A model generated the notes under the pieces. That model made no database searches, was not told the origin of the DNA, and saw nothing but the letters and a program-made list of their open reading frames with translations. Shown here piece by piece: positions 63,501-64,000 of a DNA stretch of 64,000 bases (positions are counted from its first letter, which is position 1; every line of letters starts with the position of its first letter). Source of the DNA: Anthoceros angustus (lineage: Eukaryota > Plantae > Anthocerotophyta); contig MU008178.1 in the NCBI GenBank assembly GCA_010909165.1, positions 136,369 through 200,368 on the forward strand. Direction: 5' to 3'. Both the position numbers and the translations under genes were made by a program.

Positions 63501-63655
63501 GTCGTTGTGTTGAACTTCTATGCAATGAAGTGATGGTAAACAATTTGCAGGGCTATATCTGACGAGGCAGTCCGAAGGAAAGTTTTTGATGACTATGTAG
63601 CTAACCTTCAGCAGAAGATAAAAGAGAAGGAGCGTAAGCGAGAGAAAGAAGATAA
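57535..63655 (+). CDS. PRP40A: Pre-mRNA-processing protein 40 (two WW domains, multiple FF domains), multi-exon, 3' end beyond the window
   Basis: P/Q-rich N-terminus, [99 protein letters not shown]. The last visible exon ends ...KREKEDK|gt near 63655. The start ATG at 57535 is inferred. Confidence 0.93.
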
Positions 63656-64000
63656 GGTATGCATAGTCCTGGGTCTCCTGTCTTTGAGTCTGTTGCCAGG
63701 TGTCTGTGCTGTTTGTGTGGGTGTGTTGCTGAACCATGCATGCCGAGTCCACAGAGTTGGTTGGCAGAGTTCAGTGTTTAGGAGTTGTGAACACTGGAAA
63801 GCTATGGTTCTTAAATAGAAGCCTGAAAGCTCCATGATGAAAACTGCTGTGTTACTTGATCACAGCAATTTGGTCCTGACATGATAACGGACCATATACG
63901 ATATCATGCAGATGACATGTCCATTCTTACTAATATGAACACTCTGAACAAGCCTTCTGCCTGTTTGTCAATGAGTTGACTCCATATGGGTTGCTCAGTG

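Overview
Eukaryotic land-plant genomic DNA with compact genes and short GT-AG introns. The gene density and transposon spectrum suggest a non-seed plant, possibly a lycophyte such as Selaginella (inference only). 1-23 kb is gene-dense: plastid-type NDPK2 (-, partial, with an internal tandem duplication), DDX11/ChlR1 helicase (+), FAAH (+), two tandem DsbA/FrnE-like CPWC genes (-), an hnRNP-U-like SPRY+P-loop gene with a repeat-rich tail in an AT-rich island (-), and an ANTH clathrin-assembly gene (+). 23.3-57.2 kb is a nested transposon cluster: Copia remnants, a piggyBac-like transposase remnant, a 5'-truncated RTEX-like LINE end, a long GC-rich element with a decayed accessory-type ORF, and a Ty3/Gypsy element. 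The Gypsy element is split by a 6.1-kb non-autonomous CACTA element (TSD AGC) carrying a PLS-class PPR fragment. That fragment is itself split by a 2,245-bp unclassified TIR element with a 4-bp TSD. From 57.5 kb to the window end lies PRP40 (+, partial). At least six direct tandem duplications have indel- and A>G-rich copies and may be long-read assembly artefacts. All coordinates and motifs were read by eye; no database searches were run.
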